From NCBI RefSeq assembly GCF_000315625.1, contig NW_005434438.1, positions 1 through 53,890 of the forward strand: a stretch of DNA of 53,890 nucleotides. Direction: 5' to 3'. The stretch comes from Guillardia theta CCMP2712 (Eukaryota > Protista > Cryptophyta). Below the pieces are notes generated by a model. The model made no database searches, was not told the DNA's origin, and worked only from the letters and a program-made list of their open reading frames with translations. Shown in pieces: positions 25,125 to 36,803 of this stretch. The number at the start of each line of letters is the position of its first letter. Within the stretch, counting starts at the first letter, position 1. Both the position numbers and the translations under genes were made by a program.

Positions 25125-26681
25125 ATGAGCTCGAGTCTCAAGCTCTGCCTCGTCCTCTTGCTTCTTCTGCCTTCCCATCTGTTCGCGCACATTGAGGTGG
25201 ACAGAAACTCCGCTCAGCCGCAGCACTCGTGGCAAGGCAGCAGAGCTCAAAGGCTAAACCCCATGCAGACCATGGGGGTCATGCTGGATCACATGCGCAC
25301 CAGTCGGAGCATGGCTGAGATGAGGCTGAGAGGCGGGAACGGAGGCAAACCAGGAGGATCGATCCACACCAACACCATCTATTTGACGGGACTTCCAGCG
25401 TATGCGAACGAGGAGTGGGTAGCAGCGTTTGTAGGGAAGAAGTCGGTGAAGAAAGACAGCAAGACAGGCAAGTTACAGGTGCAGAATCAAAATGGTGTCA
25501 GAAGCAATGATTTGTGACTGTGTGCGATCAGATCTTCATGTATAGAGACAAGAAGGGTGTGGCGACTGGAGCTTGTCTGGTTGGGATCGAGGGCATCAGC
25601 GAAGCTGAGAGGATCTGCAAGGAGCTCGATGGCAAGAAGATTGAGGGAGTGGAACGTCTATTATGCATTAGAGCGAAGGTGAGACGGGCGGGGTGAAGAG
25701 AAACATTGACACGCCTTCCACTAGGTAGTGCCTAGGAGGTTTGACAAGGAGGAGAAACTGCCAGAGGGGTAAAGACTGACATCTACCCGAATGAATCTGA
25801 TGCTTTTTCTGGCAAGGTGGAAACGATTTACAGATCAGGAGAGTGGAAGGTGAAGTGAAGCGCTCCTCATGTGAATCTCATTCATGCTTGATACGTTGCC
25901 TTCAGAGACTACTTCTACAACTCTGTCACCGGAAAAACGCAGTGGTAATAAGACTCTGAGATTTTTTTTGTCCTCGTGCTGATTGCTTGCACAAGGGAAG
26001 TGCCTGAAAATGCATTCATCTCCTCAACAGATAGCGGTTGGTCCTGGAAGCACTTGCTGGAGGTCGATGACTTGCTGTACACCCTCTAGGCGTCAAGATC
26101 GGCAGCGCTGCTGGCCTCCAAGATGCTGACCAGTACGCAACAAGTGTTGGCCCTGATCCCAACAAGGATATGGAGCAGGATGATCAAGATGGTATCTTAC
26201 GCCATTCGTTTGCTCTCTCCGATTCTGACATAGCACAAGCAACTGCCAAACCCAAATTGAGAAGCATACGAGGCATTGATTCTCCCGGCACTCAAGTAGT
26301 TCCGGGGGGATTCATCTCGAGCAGGTTTGACATCGATGTCGAGTCATCCTTGCGTGAAATTCGTGTAGTGGAACTTTCATGAAGAATCTCCCTCGAGGAT
26401 CAGCGGAGGACATGAAGATGTATGACAGGTCCTCCAACCCCGACCTTGTCGTCATGTAAGTGAACTGGCGCAGAAAAGCTCATGAGCGGGCGGCGCACAA
26501 GGGACCATTCTACGGAGACCCTGGTTTCATTCACTGTGAGGGTGTGCGGAGCAAGGCTCTCCCTGCTCAACTGCCGTCAGGTGTCGGGCGATGTCGTTGC
26601 AAGTGTTTCAACAATTGTGTTGGTCTCTGCACATGTCCAAGATGTGAGGTGAAGGCTGCAGACCAGCCCTGGACTCGTTGA
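25125..26681 (+). CDS. RRM + WW domain protein with signal peptide, MRLRGG leader end and Cys-rich tail; multi-exon
   Basis: FET/TAF15-like RRM (NTIYLTGLP...KKDSKTGKLQ|IFMYRDKKGVATG) and WW (LPEG|WKRFTDQESGR|DYFYNSVTGKTQW|EVP). Tail HCEG|VGRCRCKCFNNCVGLCTCPRC. Hydrophobic N-terminus LKLCLVLLLLLPSHLFA; alternative ATGs at 25086 and 25110. Confidence 0.8.
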
Positions 26682-27390
26682 TGACTTTAGAGTCAGTGTT
26701 ACCCCGGTACCTGCTGGCCCATGCATCCTGAGATCGCGCGGTTGAGGAAGCTTGGTGCTTGCTTGCCTTGCTGGCTCTCTCAACTTTCTCATCTTTGCGG
26801 CAGGGATCGAGAGAACGGAGTACATCTACAACTCGCTGCAGCCTCCTCCAGGGTAAGACAAGATTAGAGCCTTTAACAACCTCAGCTGCTTTGACTGCAG
26901 GTACATAGCTGGGGTAGGACGAGGCGCCGTTGGCACTACGACCGTTCAAGGTAGTCGAAAGGATTGGGAATGAAGTACAGCTGAGAAGTATTGCAGACGA
27001 GGGACCTTCTTTCGACGCGTATGAGGTGATGAAGTCTGACTTGTTGCTGGCGTGTTGGTACTGAAAGAGGCACAATAGTACGCGCTTAGGAGCTTCGACA
27101 GAGCAAACAGACTGCGGAAGGCTCAGAGGTTGATGCCACGGAGGCTGCGTGCTGTATGATCTAACGAGACATGTAGGAAGACTCCTCAAGGCGGTGACGG
27201 TAGACAGCAAGCATGTTGGACCTGAAACACTGACGATCTTCTGTGCAGCTCCAAGCGGTCAAGGGGAGAGCAGCATTGTTCCTGGGCAGTTCGACGATGC
27301 GGCAGAAAAGGGCCGAGACCTTATAGGCGAGTTGCTTGATGAAGTCGGCGACGATGGAGGCGAACGAGACGGAGAGATGTAGTGTAGAGC
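26680..27390 (-). CDS. Possible hypothetical Ser-rich protein
   Basis: 200-codon open frame with coding-like composition; no recognisable motif and structure unresolved. Confidence 0.3.
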
Positions 27391-27394
27391 TGAT

Positions 27395-27945
27395 CGAACT
27401 TGAAACGACTCAAGTCTGACATGTTAGCCGTCATCAGCCTGAGACTGTGATCATCATACGGCCTTAAATCATACTGTTACTGGCACGGCCCCGGAACTTC
27501 AACGACACTTCGGCAACCTCGGCCGCCGAAACTTCCGCCGCAGTCACTGAGCACGGCCCTGTGTGCCGGGCTTCCGACGGCTCGGCCTGAGTCGTGTTGG
27601 CGTAACTTGCCTAACTTAAGACGAGCCGCTGCCATCTGCTGAGGGCCCAGCGGCCGGGCGGCGCTGCCAACACTTGAACTTGAAACTTTACTCAAAGTTA
27701 AGTCTACTAGGCTGAGTCAGAGCGTCCGATCACGCCGATGATGCCGAGGGGGGCCGGGGGGCTAGTACTCACAGTATCCGCTGGGCAGTGCCGCTGCCGC
27801 AGTGAGGCTCCCCGCCCAGTCACGTGGCCCAGTGGCACGCCGCCTCGTTTCAACGGTACGGTGCCGGTAGTTGATAGAACGTATGCCAGCCGTGCCAGTA
27901 CGGTCAGATAGCGCCGAGTTAACAAAAACTCTCCACGGTAAACCA
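27395..27945. repeat. GC-rich scrambled intergenic island 3
   Basis: Contains TGAACTTGAAACTTTACTCAAAGTTAAG (27675-27702) and GTCAGATAGCGCCGAGTTAAC (27903-27923). Confidence 0.8.
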
Positions 27946-28084
27946 AGACGACTTACGTGTTTTGCGAGGCGGCAATGTAGCGTGTGCGATGAAGAGGGGG
28001 CTTTCCTAGCCGTCTTGCTAAGGTCCTCTCATGTCTGGATGCTGTGATATCTGCGTGACTTTGGACTAGTACAAGTCTAACAAA

Positions 28085-28440
28085 CTTGTATTCCGTCAGT
28101 AGTCACTAGGCCCTTCAGCGGGCCCGCCCGCCGGAGCGGCGGCGGCGGCCCGGGGCGGGGCCCTATACCGGGCCGTACGGTGTGAGCAGACTCTTTTAGA
28201 GAACGGTGGCTTAGCAAGTGGAGGCAAACGAAGCCCGTGGGGGATACAGAGTCATCCGAGCCACTGCCTTCTTGCGGACCCGGCCTCTGAGTCACGGTCT
28301 TCAGTGAGTGACCCGCGGCCGCTGGCGCCGCCGGCCCGGCGGGGCCGGCCACCCCGATCGGACTCCCCGGGCCCCTGGCTAGTCGGGGCCGGCGCTGTCC
28401 GATCACGTCACTGTGACAGAGGCGGACCCGGAAGGGTTAG
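28085..28440. repeat. GC-rich scrambled intergenic island 4
   Basis: Same vocabulary (ccgtacggt, gtccgatcacg, tgagtcac); ends just before the RRP1 ATG. Confidence 0.7.
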
Positions 28441-28455
28441 TCGGCACGTGCGAAA

Positions 28456-30078
28456 ATGGGCAAGTATGGAAGGAAGCTCAAGGCGAAGGAAGAGCGGGAA
28501 AGAAGGGAGCTGGAGGAGGAGGACAAGAAGGCAGTTGTTGAAGCAGAGCAATCGGCTCATGAGCTGCCTGAAAGCGCCATGGGAAAGAAGTTCTCTCATC
28601 CAGATAAGAAAGTACGAGACAAGGCTGTCATGGTTTTTTCACACTGGATCGCTAAACAAGATAAGCTCGACGAGAGTGAGCATCTGAAAGTATGGAAAGC
28701 GCTATTTTACTGCTACTGGATGTCTGATAAAGTACCAATACAACAGTGAGTTGTTTCTCTGCTTTTTCCTCCTGTCTCCTGACGTATACTCAGGGAACTG
28801 GCAAAGAAACTGGCAGCGCTTATTCACGATTTCCCTAACACAGAACAATCTGAAAGGTTTATCTTGGCCTTCTACAAGACGATGCAAAGAGAATGGGCAG
28901 GAATTGACAGACTTCGACTGGACAAATTTTACAATCTTATCCGTTGTTTCCAGCTTGAGACCTTCCGGTACTTGGCTAAGCAGGGATGGGAAGAGGAGGC
29001 TGTCGGGCGCATCAACACCATCATAGAGGAAGGCCCTCTTTGTCTGAGATCAGAGAAGTTCATGTCTCTCGGGCTTCAGCTCCACATGATCGACATCTTC
29101 CTCGATGAGGTGACAGACGTGGTAGACGATGGCATGTCAGCAGACTCGTGGCTTCGGATCATGGAGCCATACTTCAACATGATGAGGTCACAGTGCGACA
29201 AGAGTGTGTTTGACAGGATCTATCGCAGAATCTTCTTGGAGCTTGCCAACACAAAATGGTTGAGATCGAGCGTAGAGGAAGGAAACAGCGACGACGACAT
29301 CTCCACAAAGCCCCTTCGGCACGTCAACCGCATGTTCCGACACACGTACATCGAGCCTCTACCCAAGCAGTCAGTCAACGGTCACTTCAAGCGCCCTGAC
29401 TTCGCCCAGCAAGTTGCCAAGTCTCTTGCCCAGAAGATTTTCTCGGTCACGGTCGATCCGCAGACCTGGCACTATGCGAGAGTAAAGCTGTATGACTTGC
29501 TGGAGGAGTACAAGAGCCTGTGCCTGGACCTGGGGGTTTCGTTTGTGCCGGACTTGAATGAGAATGCCAACGAGTCGAAGGAAAAGGAGAATGAGGCAGA
29601 TAAGCAAATGTCAAGCAAAAAGAAAAAGAAGCAGGCTGCAGAAACACCGGGCAAGACAGATGCAGGGGCCAAGATTGAAACAAAAGCTCCTGACTCCAAG
29701 AAAAAGTCGAACAAGTCAGTCTCTAAGGACGAAAGCGATGAGAAGAATGAGAAAAGCGATGTGAATCTTATGGGCTCCAACAAGAAAACTAAAGTCAGTG
29801 CAGCATCCTTCGAAATCAGCAATTCGAATAAGCAAACCCCCAGGAAGAACTCAGCAGACCCTCTCAAGTCGGAAAGAATTGAAGCGAAAGTCCAAAAGCC
29901 TCAGACACCAAAGACGCCTGGAAACAAGAAGAAGATGCAGTCAGCTGAAGATCCAGCTGAGGTGAATGAGGAGAACGAGTCTGAAGATGCTGCAGAAGCT
30001 CCTAGCACAGCAAGCAAACGAAAGAGAAAAATCCCGAGCCCCTCAACTCGCGTCCTCCGATCAAGAAAAGCATCATAA
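28456..30078 (+). CDS. RRP1: Ribosomal RNA processing protein 1 (Nop52/RRP1); one intron at 28746-28793
   Basis: KKVRDKA, LKVWKALFYCYWMSDKVPIQQELA, MQREWAGIDRLRLDKFYNLIR and a Lys-rich tail. Confidence 0.93.
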
Positions 30079-30324
30079 AGTTGTAAATAAAGAATCTCTT
30101 GGTGAACTCTCCATTGCAATGGTGTGCGACTGATGCCCCTGTCACTGGCACATGATCGTGAGGTACTTGACGGAGTACAAGTTTCAACGTTAGACTTGTA
30201 CTATGCCAAAGTAATACAGTAGCGAAGTAGGGTGCAGGTAGGTGATTGACTTCTGGGATAAGAGTATTTATGAAGCAGAGGAAAAGAGTAAAAGAAGGGA
30301 GCGAAGTAACTGAGATCATTAAGT

Positions 30325-30775
30325 CATGCCAGCCAGTCAGATAGCGCCGACTTAACTCAACAAAACCATAGCCTCCGTAAACTCGCCGGCATCCGAAGTT
30401 CAATGAGTAAAACTTTGTGACTTCCGACTGAGTCCCTGCCCTGAGTCCGATCCGAGTGTACGGTCACCGTCACCGTTTGCCCCATCATGGCATGAGTACC
30501 GTGACCGTACTGCGGAGGCTGGCAGACTGCCACGGTGATCCGAGTCGGACAAGTCTAACTGACAAACTTGCACTCCGTCAGTACCAGCCGGTGACATGTA
30601 CGCCGTACGGTATCAGTACCCGGTACCATCAGTGCGGATCATCGGATCAGTGCGGTGATGCGGCCGTCGGCAGTGTCCGATCGGGCCCGGGCCCGCGCGG
30701 CCGGGCGACCGTCGGTACGGTGGCGGCGATGAGAGCTGAGGCGGACTGGGATCATGGTCGGCTCTCATTGTAATA
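30325..30775. repeat. GC-rich scrambled intergenic island 5
   Basis: Begins ATGCCAGCCAGTCAGATAGCGCCGACTTAAC, shared with island 3; also ccgtacgg and cggatcatcggatc words. Confidence 0.8.
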
Positions 30776-30845
30776 ATATGTCAGGGTCGATCCTTGCTCC
30801 CTCTTATCTTGGCAACTCGTTCTAGTCGTTCTAGGAACGAGACAC

Positions 30846-31120
30846 TCCCGTCCCTCCTCCCTGCTATTCCCTCCCTCCTCCCTGCTATCCCCTCCCTCCT
30901 CCCTGCTATCCCCTCCCTCCTCCCTGCTATCCCCTCTCTCCTCTCTGCTATCGCTCCCTCCTCCCTGCTATCCCCTCCCTCCTCCCTCGCCTACTCCCTC
31001 CCTCCTCCTATCGCCTCCCTCCTCCCTGCTATCGCCTCCCCCCCTCCCTGCTATCGCCTCCCTCCTCCCTGCTATCGCCTCCCTCCTCCCTGCTATCCCC
31101 TCCCCCCCTCCCTCGCCTGC
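30846..31120. repeat. Polypyrimidine minisatellite (~21-bp unit ccctccctcctccctgctatc)
   Basis: Directly visible, upstream of the F-box gene. Confidence 0.85.
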
Positions 31121-31145
31121 CTTAGTTTTGGCTCCTTCCTCCCGT

Positions 31146-33026
31146 ATGATTCTGGTCGAGCTTCCAGCAGAGGTTCTCCAGCACATTTACTTGTTCATCC
31201 CTGATCGGATCTTCCCTGACTGTCGAGTGTGCCGGCGACTTCGCAGTTGCCTGCCCTGGTGCAGGCTGGTGGAGGTTCAGATCAAGCCAGGAAGAGGGAA
31301 GCTCGTCCGCCATGAGGCTCTTTCGGAGATGATGTGCCGCCCAGCAGCGCAGAGACGAGTGAACAGAGCTCGCGATGTCGACAAGATCCCAAAGGTCATG
31401 CAAGTCAATCTGATCGTTCAAGATGCCATGGCAGCGCCAGCGGTCACAAAGGCCGTCAGAGAGGGCGGAAGGAGGAGCATTATGCTTGACGTCTCCGGTA
31501 TCGCAAAGGACGAGCTCTTTAGTCGAGCCTCGCTGTCCCGTCTAGGCGATTTAATCGCAGCATGCGGAACATGCCTGACTGGGCTGAGCCTCGCAGGCAA
31601 CGGGTTTCAGACGAGCGATCTTCACCTGCTCTCCGACAAAATCCAGACCTGCTGCAACCTGACATCTCTCGATCTCAGCGGGAACAGACTGCGAGGAGGC
31701 GTCGGGAGACTCGCGGCCAACTTGTCCCGACACCTGACGAGTCTGACGAGGTTGGACGTGTCGCAGCCAGACAGCGGGCGAGGAGACGGTCCGGGGCTGC
31801 TGCTGGATTGCCAACCTCTCATTCGCGTCAACACCAACCTAAAGCAGCTGAACCTGACCTGCAGGGATGACTCGTGCAGAGCTATCACTCCCGTCCATCA
31901 TGTTGCGATTAGCTCAGCACGAGCAAATGGGCTTGACCGAACGACCTTCTTGTCGCTGGAGATGCTGCAGGAAGTGCAACTTGAAGGCAACGGACTCACA
32001 GACATGGACATGAAGATCCTCGCTGACTCTTGGAAAGCGCTATCGCTCAAGCGTCTCTTCGATCCTGTTGCTGTTGACATCCTGACCTTCCGTTGCAGAT
32101 CTCAACCTAAGCTCCAACGACTTCTCCAGTCAGGCAGTCGCTTCGCTTGTCGAGGTTCTCCATAAGAGCAGCAGACTTGAAGTGCTCCAGTGAGTTACTC
32201 GTTTCTTTTCCTCCTCTCTCACTCATTGCAGTATGTCACACAACGAGCTCGGCCCTCAGGGAGCCTCTGCATTGTCTGAAGGCCTTATGGCGTGTCAATC
32301 TCTCTGCTGCCTCAACGTCAGCTGGTGTTGTCGCACGTCTCCTCTGTCACTGCACTCTTGACTCCTCGGCATGCAGGTGCGCCCTGGGCAATGGCCTCCA
32401 AGATATTGCAAGGATCCTACCCGAGCTAAAGGAGCTGAGAAATCTCGACCTGTCAGGCAACGAGCTAGATGAAGCAAACTGCAAGGTGACGCTCGAAGGG
32501 ATGGGGGAGAGGGTGAAGCTGCTTGCAGTCTCTTCAGGAGGTTCTGTCAGGAGGCTTGAGGCTGCGAACGCTCAGACTTCAGCAATGCCGCATTCTAGAC
32601 CAACGTTTCACTCACCTCGTCTGCGGATTATCGCGCATGCTCGACTCCGATACGCAGCAGGGAACTCTGGAGGAGCTGGACTTGCTCCGCAACTTCATCG
32701 AGGTCAGGCTGTGCTCTTGCAAGGTCTGCCGGTCGACTGGCTGAGATTGCTTGCAGGAGGAAGGGTGTCGGAAGCTTGCAGACGCCCTGATAAGCGCCAG
32801 GCATCCGCTGCGACGGCTCGTGCTTGGCTACAACAGCTTTCAAGGTGATCCCCTGAATCGGTGCCGACGTGATACTAAAGATGAGGGATGCAGAAAGTGG
32901 CGCTTCCCTCCTCTTTCCTTACCTCCAACAAGCCGTTCACCTCCAGTTTTTAGACTTGCGAGGGAGCAATGTCCTGACAACAGCAGCACGCGCTGCTGTA
33001 TACGCAGCAGGGCCATCTTCTTGTAA
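31146..33026 (+). CDS. F-box-like + RNI-type leucine-rich-repeat protein; multi-exon
   Basis: N-terminal LVELPAEVLQHIYLFI...RVCRRL and repeated LxxLxLxGN motifs (LTSLDLSGNRL, LRNLDLSGNEL, LRRLVLGYN). Confidence 0.8.
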
Positions 33027-33158
33027 ATATCTCTTCTTCTAGATGATATTGCTTCTATTTCATCTATGCATGATAGTTTTCTTTGTAAATTCGGCAATTT
33101 TGTCAAAATAAAATTGGGGTTACCAAATTTATGACATAAGAAATAATAAAAATCATAT

Positions 33159-34698
33159 TCAATCATTTTCCGAGAGATCTTTGGCTATTATCTTGACGCA
33201 TATGTCAGATCATGAAGAATGAAATCAGAGGTCTTACTTTACACTGATCGCAAAAATCATCAAGAAGCTCTTTCATGTAGGTAGAGACTACCATCCTGCA
33301 AGCAAACAAGCTGTCAGTTAAAAATAATTCTAGAATTACTGAACTCACTTCGACCCCAGAAAGCGAGCAACCAAGAGCTCATATGCAATCTCTGTCCTAG
33401 AAGCTTCCATTCCCTTGTTATGATGTGAAACAATGTCTTGAAATAAAAGGGTTCGATCCTTGCTGCTCAATCTACCGGCGTTAGACAGCTCCTTCACAGC
33501 TAGTATCTACTCAAAAGCGTTCAGTGCGAGCTCAGAAGTGGCAGCCTTCAACTCACAGCTCCATCCGTCACACTCGGATGCAAACAATGAAATCCTGTCG
33601 GGACTTGTTGAGAAGAAGACTCGGTTGGTTTCGCTGGTATATCTCGAATCATCGTGCTGGTTTCATAACTTCATAGATATCGTGTCAGAAACCAAGGATA
33701 AGGGAGCACGTATCAGGTACCCTGACTCTTCTGAAGTATACAACTCCTCTTCATCTGTATGCAGAGAGGCAAATGGCTGTTCTTCCTAACAAATTTTGCA
33801 TGTCAGAATATTCAAAGAAGATTAGATGGTTCACCTTTGTAAGATGCTGTGGGGCTTCATCGAAGTCACTTTGAGGTTGTCTGACTGTCCTGCACCGCTG
33901 GTCAGCAAGCCGAAAGCTTCAAAGTCTTAGACCATTCTGACCGGAGCATGGAGTCTGCTGTGAGAAAGTCAACGAACAAGAAGAAAAGGACGAGGGAGGG
34001 TAAGTAGCGCTCTTACCTGAAGGCGACACGTGGTGGTGCACCATCAGCCATTCCTTCCCCATCTTATTGCCACGTCAGCAATCAGTCAGTGGAGTAGATA
34101 AGAGCACCTTTCTGTAAATATTCGTAGCGTGCATTTGTCTCGAAAACCGTCCATTCACGACGTCTTCATTACAGAAAACCAGTGCGATCTTGCCTCGTAT
34201 CTGCACAACCATCGAGCTTGGCTTTATCACTGTGCTAGAAAACGCGTCATCCGAGGCGCCAAAAACAGTCTTCCACATCTCCATAATAGATTCATATCCG
34301 TTGACAGGGAAGGGAAGGCCGGGCAGGATGCATTGGATGTAAGGAGTTTGCAGCCACAGTCTTTGCATCTCGTCGAAATTCTTGGAAGTGAAGGCGTTAT
34401 AAAATTCGATTGTTTGTCTCTTGACAGCCACTATGTCCTTGTCGTGTGTGCCCTCCAGCCTGCTAGTCTCATAATCTTGGTCATCCATGTTTCTCGGGCT
34501 ACTTATCATTGATAGACATAGTTGTCTTCTCGCATTTCCTTCGCTGATTGCAGAACCGAAGGTACGGCGGGAGCTGACCAACTGCGACGTCAGCGTTCTA
34601 TGCTCAACAAGAGGCGGCTTGAATGGCACATAGCAAAAGGATAATTTGAATAGAAGACCAGCGAGAGTCGTGACGTGTATCGCATTCCATTTCACCAT
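33159..34698 (-). CDS. SnoaL/NTF2-like domain protein with a probable bipartite plastid leader; multi-exon
   Basis: FYNAFTSKNFDEMQRLW, CILPG...GYESIMEMW, ATNIYRK|MGKEWLMVHHHVSP. Leader LAGLLFKLSFC-YVP followed by an S/R-rich segment. 3' exons less certain. Confidence 0.75.
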
Positions 34699-35139
34699 TA
34701 CTGACACGGAACGATGTGAATTCTAAACCCGCTCGCCTGAAGAAAATAAATATTGATCACCAGCAAGAAGAGGAAGCAAGATTAGCTGTCTGAAAGTATC
34801 TCGTCACCTTGACTGCATGCTTTCCCATACCCTATTTCTGCATAACAGTGCTACCACTCTCACTCCTTCATAGCCCTGCCGTGGCATCCAATCTCTTACA
34901 CTTGCCATTTCTGCCATCCATCAGCCTCCGTTTCACACTGCGAGCACTTCTCAACACATTCTCGAAATGTTTCGAAAATATTTGAATGTTTCCTCTCTTA
35001 TTTCGCTAAATTTCATATAAATCAAAGTTTACAATGAAAATATCAAAAATGATCAAAAATGTATGCGACTCCTGGCCGATTACAGTAATAATCTACTTGA
35101 GGCGAGCTCGCAAATATGAGGCCACTAAAAACTATTTTT

Positions 35140-35325
35140 GGTTTAACTCAAATCTACTGTGGTACCGGCACCGGGCACTTGTACCGCCGGTTAGAGACTG
35201 AGACTCGAGGTCCCTGCCCGGGCCCCGGATGGCCCAACTACTCCGGGCGCCGCCGAAGGCCAGCAGTCACTGAACTTGAAACTGGGAGGCCTTTACTCAA
35301 AGTTAAGTTAAACATCAGCGAGTAA
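35140..35325. repeat. GC-rich scrambled intergenic island 6
   Basis: Contains TGAACTTGAAAC (35271-35282) and CTTTACTCAAAGTTAAG (35291-35307). Confidence 0.8.
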
Positions 35326-36803
35326 TGTTTTAAAAGGAGGCCGGGGTAATAGGAGATGCGCCTGGGACTTTATCGAAAGTATGCGATCAGGAGACGGTTC
35401 GACAAAACGGATCTAAAACAAGATTTTACATAATTATATAACTTATTGGACACGTAGGGATGTTAGAACCTTTCTTTTCACAGAGATCAAGTGGGTAGGG
35501 GTACTATTGGATTGAAAGCAGCTGACTACGACCCCTCTTTGCAGGTAGCAGGAGTCTATTACCACTGAAGACATACAGATTTGTAATTGATGCTTCATTC
35601 TTTGAAATGATCTTTTTTGTTTTGGAATTACAAAAGGCAATTCATGAGGCAAACGTTGCATTGATCAAAGTACAGGTTGCTCTCGCCTCAAGAACAGAAA
35701 TCATAGGTTTCACACAAGCAGTTTCCATTTTCCTGTACTGAAATTTCAAATATTCTAAGCTATCTTGAATACTTCGGATAATTCTGGTCCACGCGATGTA
35801 AATGAACCCTACCATCACATTACATCGAATTCCTCCTCACAAACACCTTCAATCCCAGGTGGGGTGGTTTGCAAGGGTTATGAATATTGGGGTGGGGTCA
35901 TCCAATACTTGAAAGGGGCACCTGAAAACTACTGAAGACCCACCCACTCAACACCCTTCCCCTTATTCCATGCCTATCGAAAGACCGTCCAAGTACCCCA
36001 GAATCTGATATTCTATGCACCGGTAATTGTATACCCTTACCCCTCTTTACTCGAAGCACTACCCCTGTAGTGTTGTGTCCCCTCTTACAGCCCTTCCTCG
36101 CCCATCCACCCGACGCATCCTCGTCTCAAGCACATCCGTCGCCTGCTCTGCCTTCCCTCCCTTCCCTCTGCTCCCTCCTCTGCTCTCTCCTGCGATATAC
36201 TCTCAGCCTCTCTCGAGCGTACTGGCGCACGGTTCCATCAGCTTGCTCTGTCTATCACTTGTGAAATTTGACTCATTGCAGATGCGTCTGTCGTTTTCAA
36301 ACTTGCTTGTGCGGAATGTTCATAGCTGTAAAGAGACATCTTCAGCTTCTTTTCTTCTCTTAGTTCCTTTGAATACGAGCACTACTTATCTTCTCTTTCT
36401 CTAGAGCCTAGAAGTGCCTAGATGATCTAACCTCACTGTTGATAACCTCTCTGTTGATGACCTCACTGTTGACCGACATCTCTCTCGCTGATGTTGCCCC
36501 CACTATGACAATCCTGTTCAAGATTGGGTCATTTGCTCATTCTTGCAGAAGAGAAATGATGTTGAACAAAACCAAATGTATTGCATTAAGCCTTAGGTCT
36601 TCTGGTTTGATTGGTTTTCCTGCCTTGTGATTCTTTGTCATCATTTGCTTCACTCCCTCCCTCCCCCCGCCCAATTCCCACCCTTTCCTTTCTAATCTTG
36701 CTGCCACATGTTCCAAGGCATGCCTCCTACACAGAAAATCACGCTATTGGGCGTACGGGCTCTTACTGCTGTTTTCCAGGTATCGTGACAGGCTGTGTCG
36801 AAA

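Noticed and set aside
30794-31204. Repetitive LPAIPS ORF
   Set aside because: Translation of the CT-rich minisatellite.
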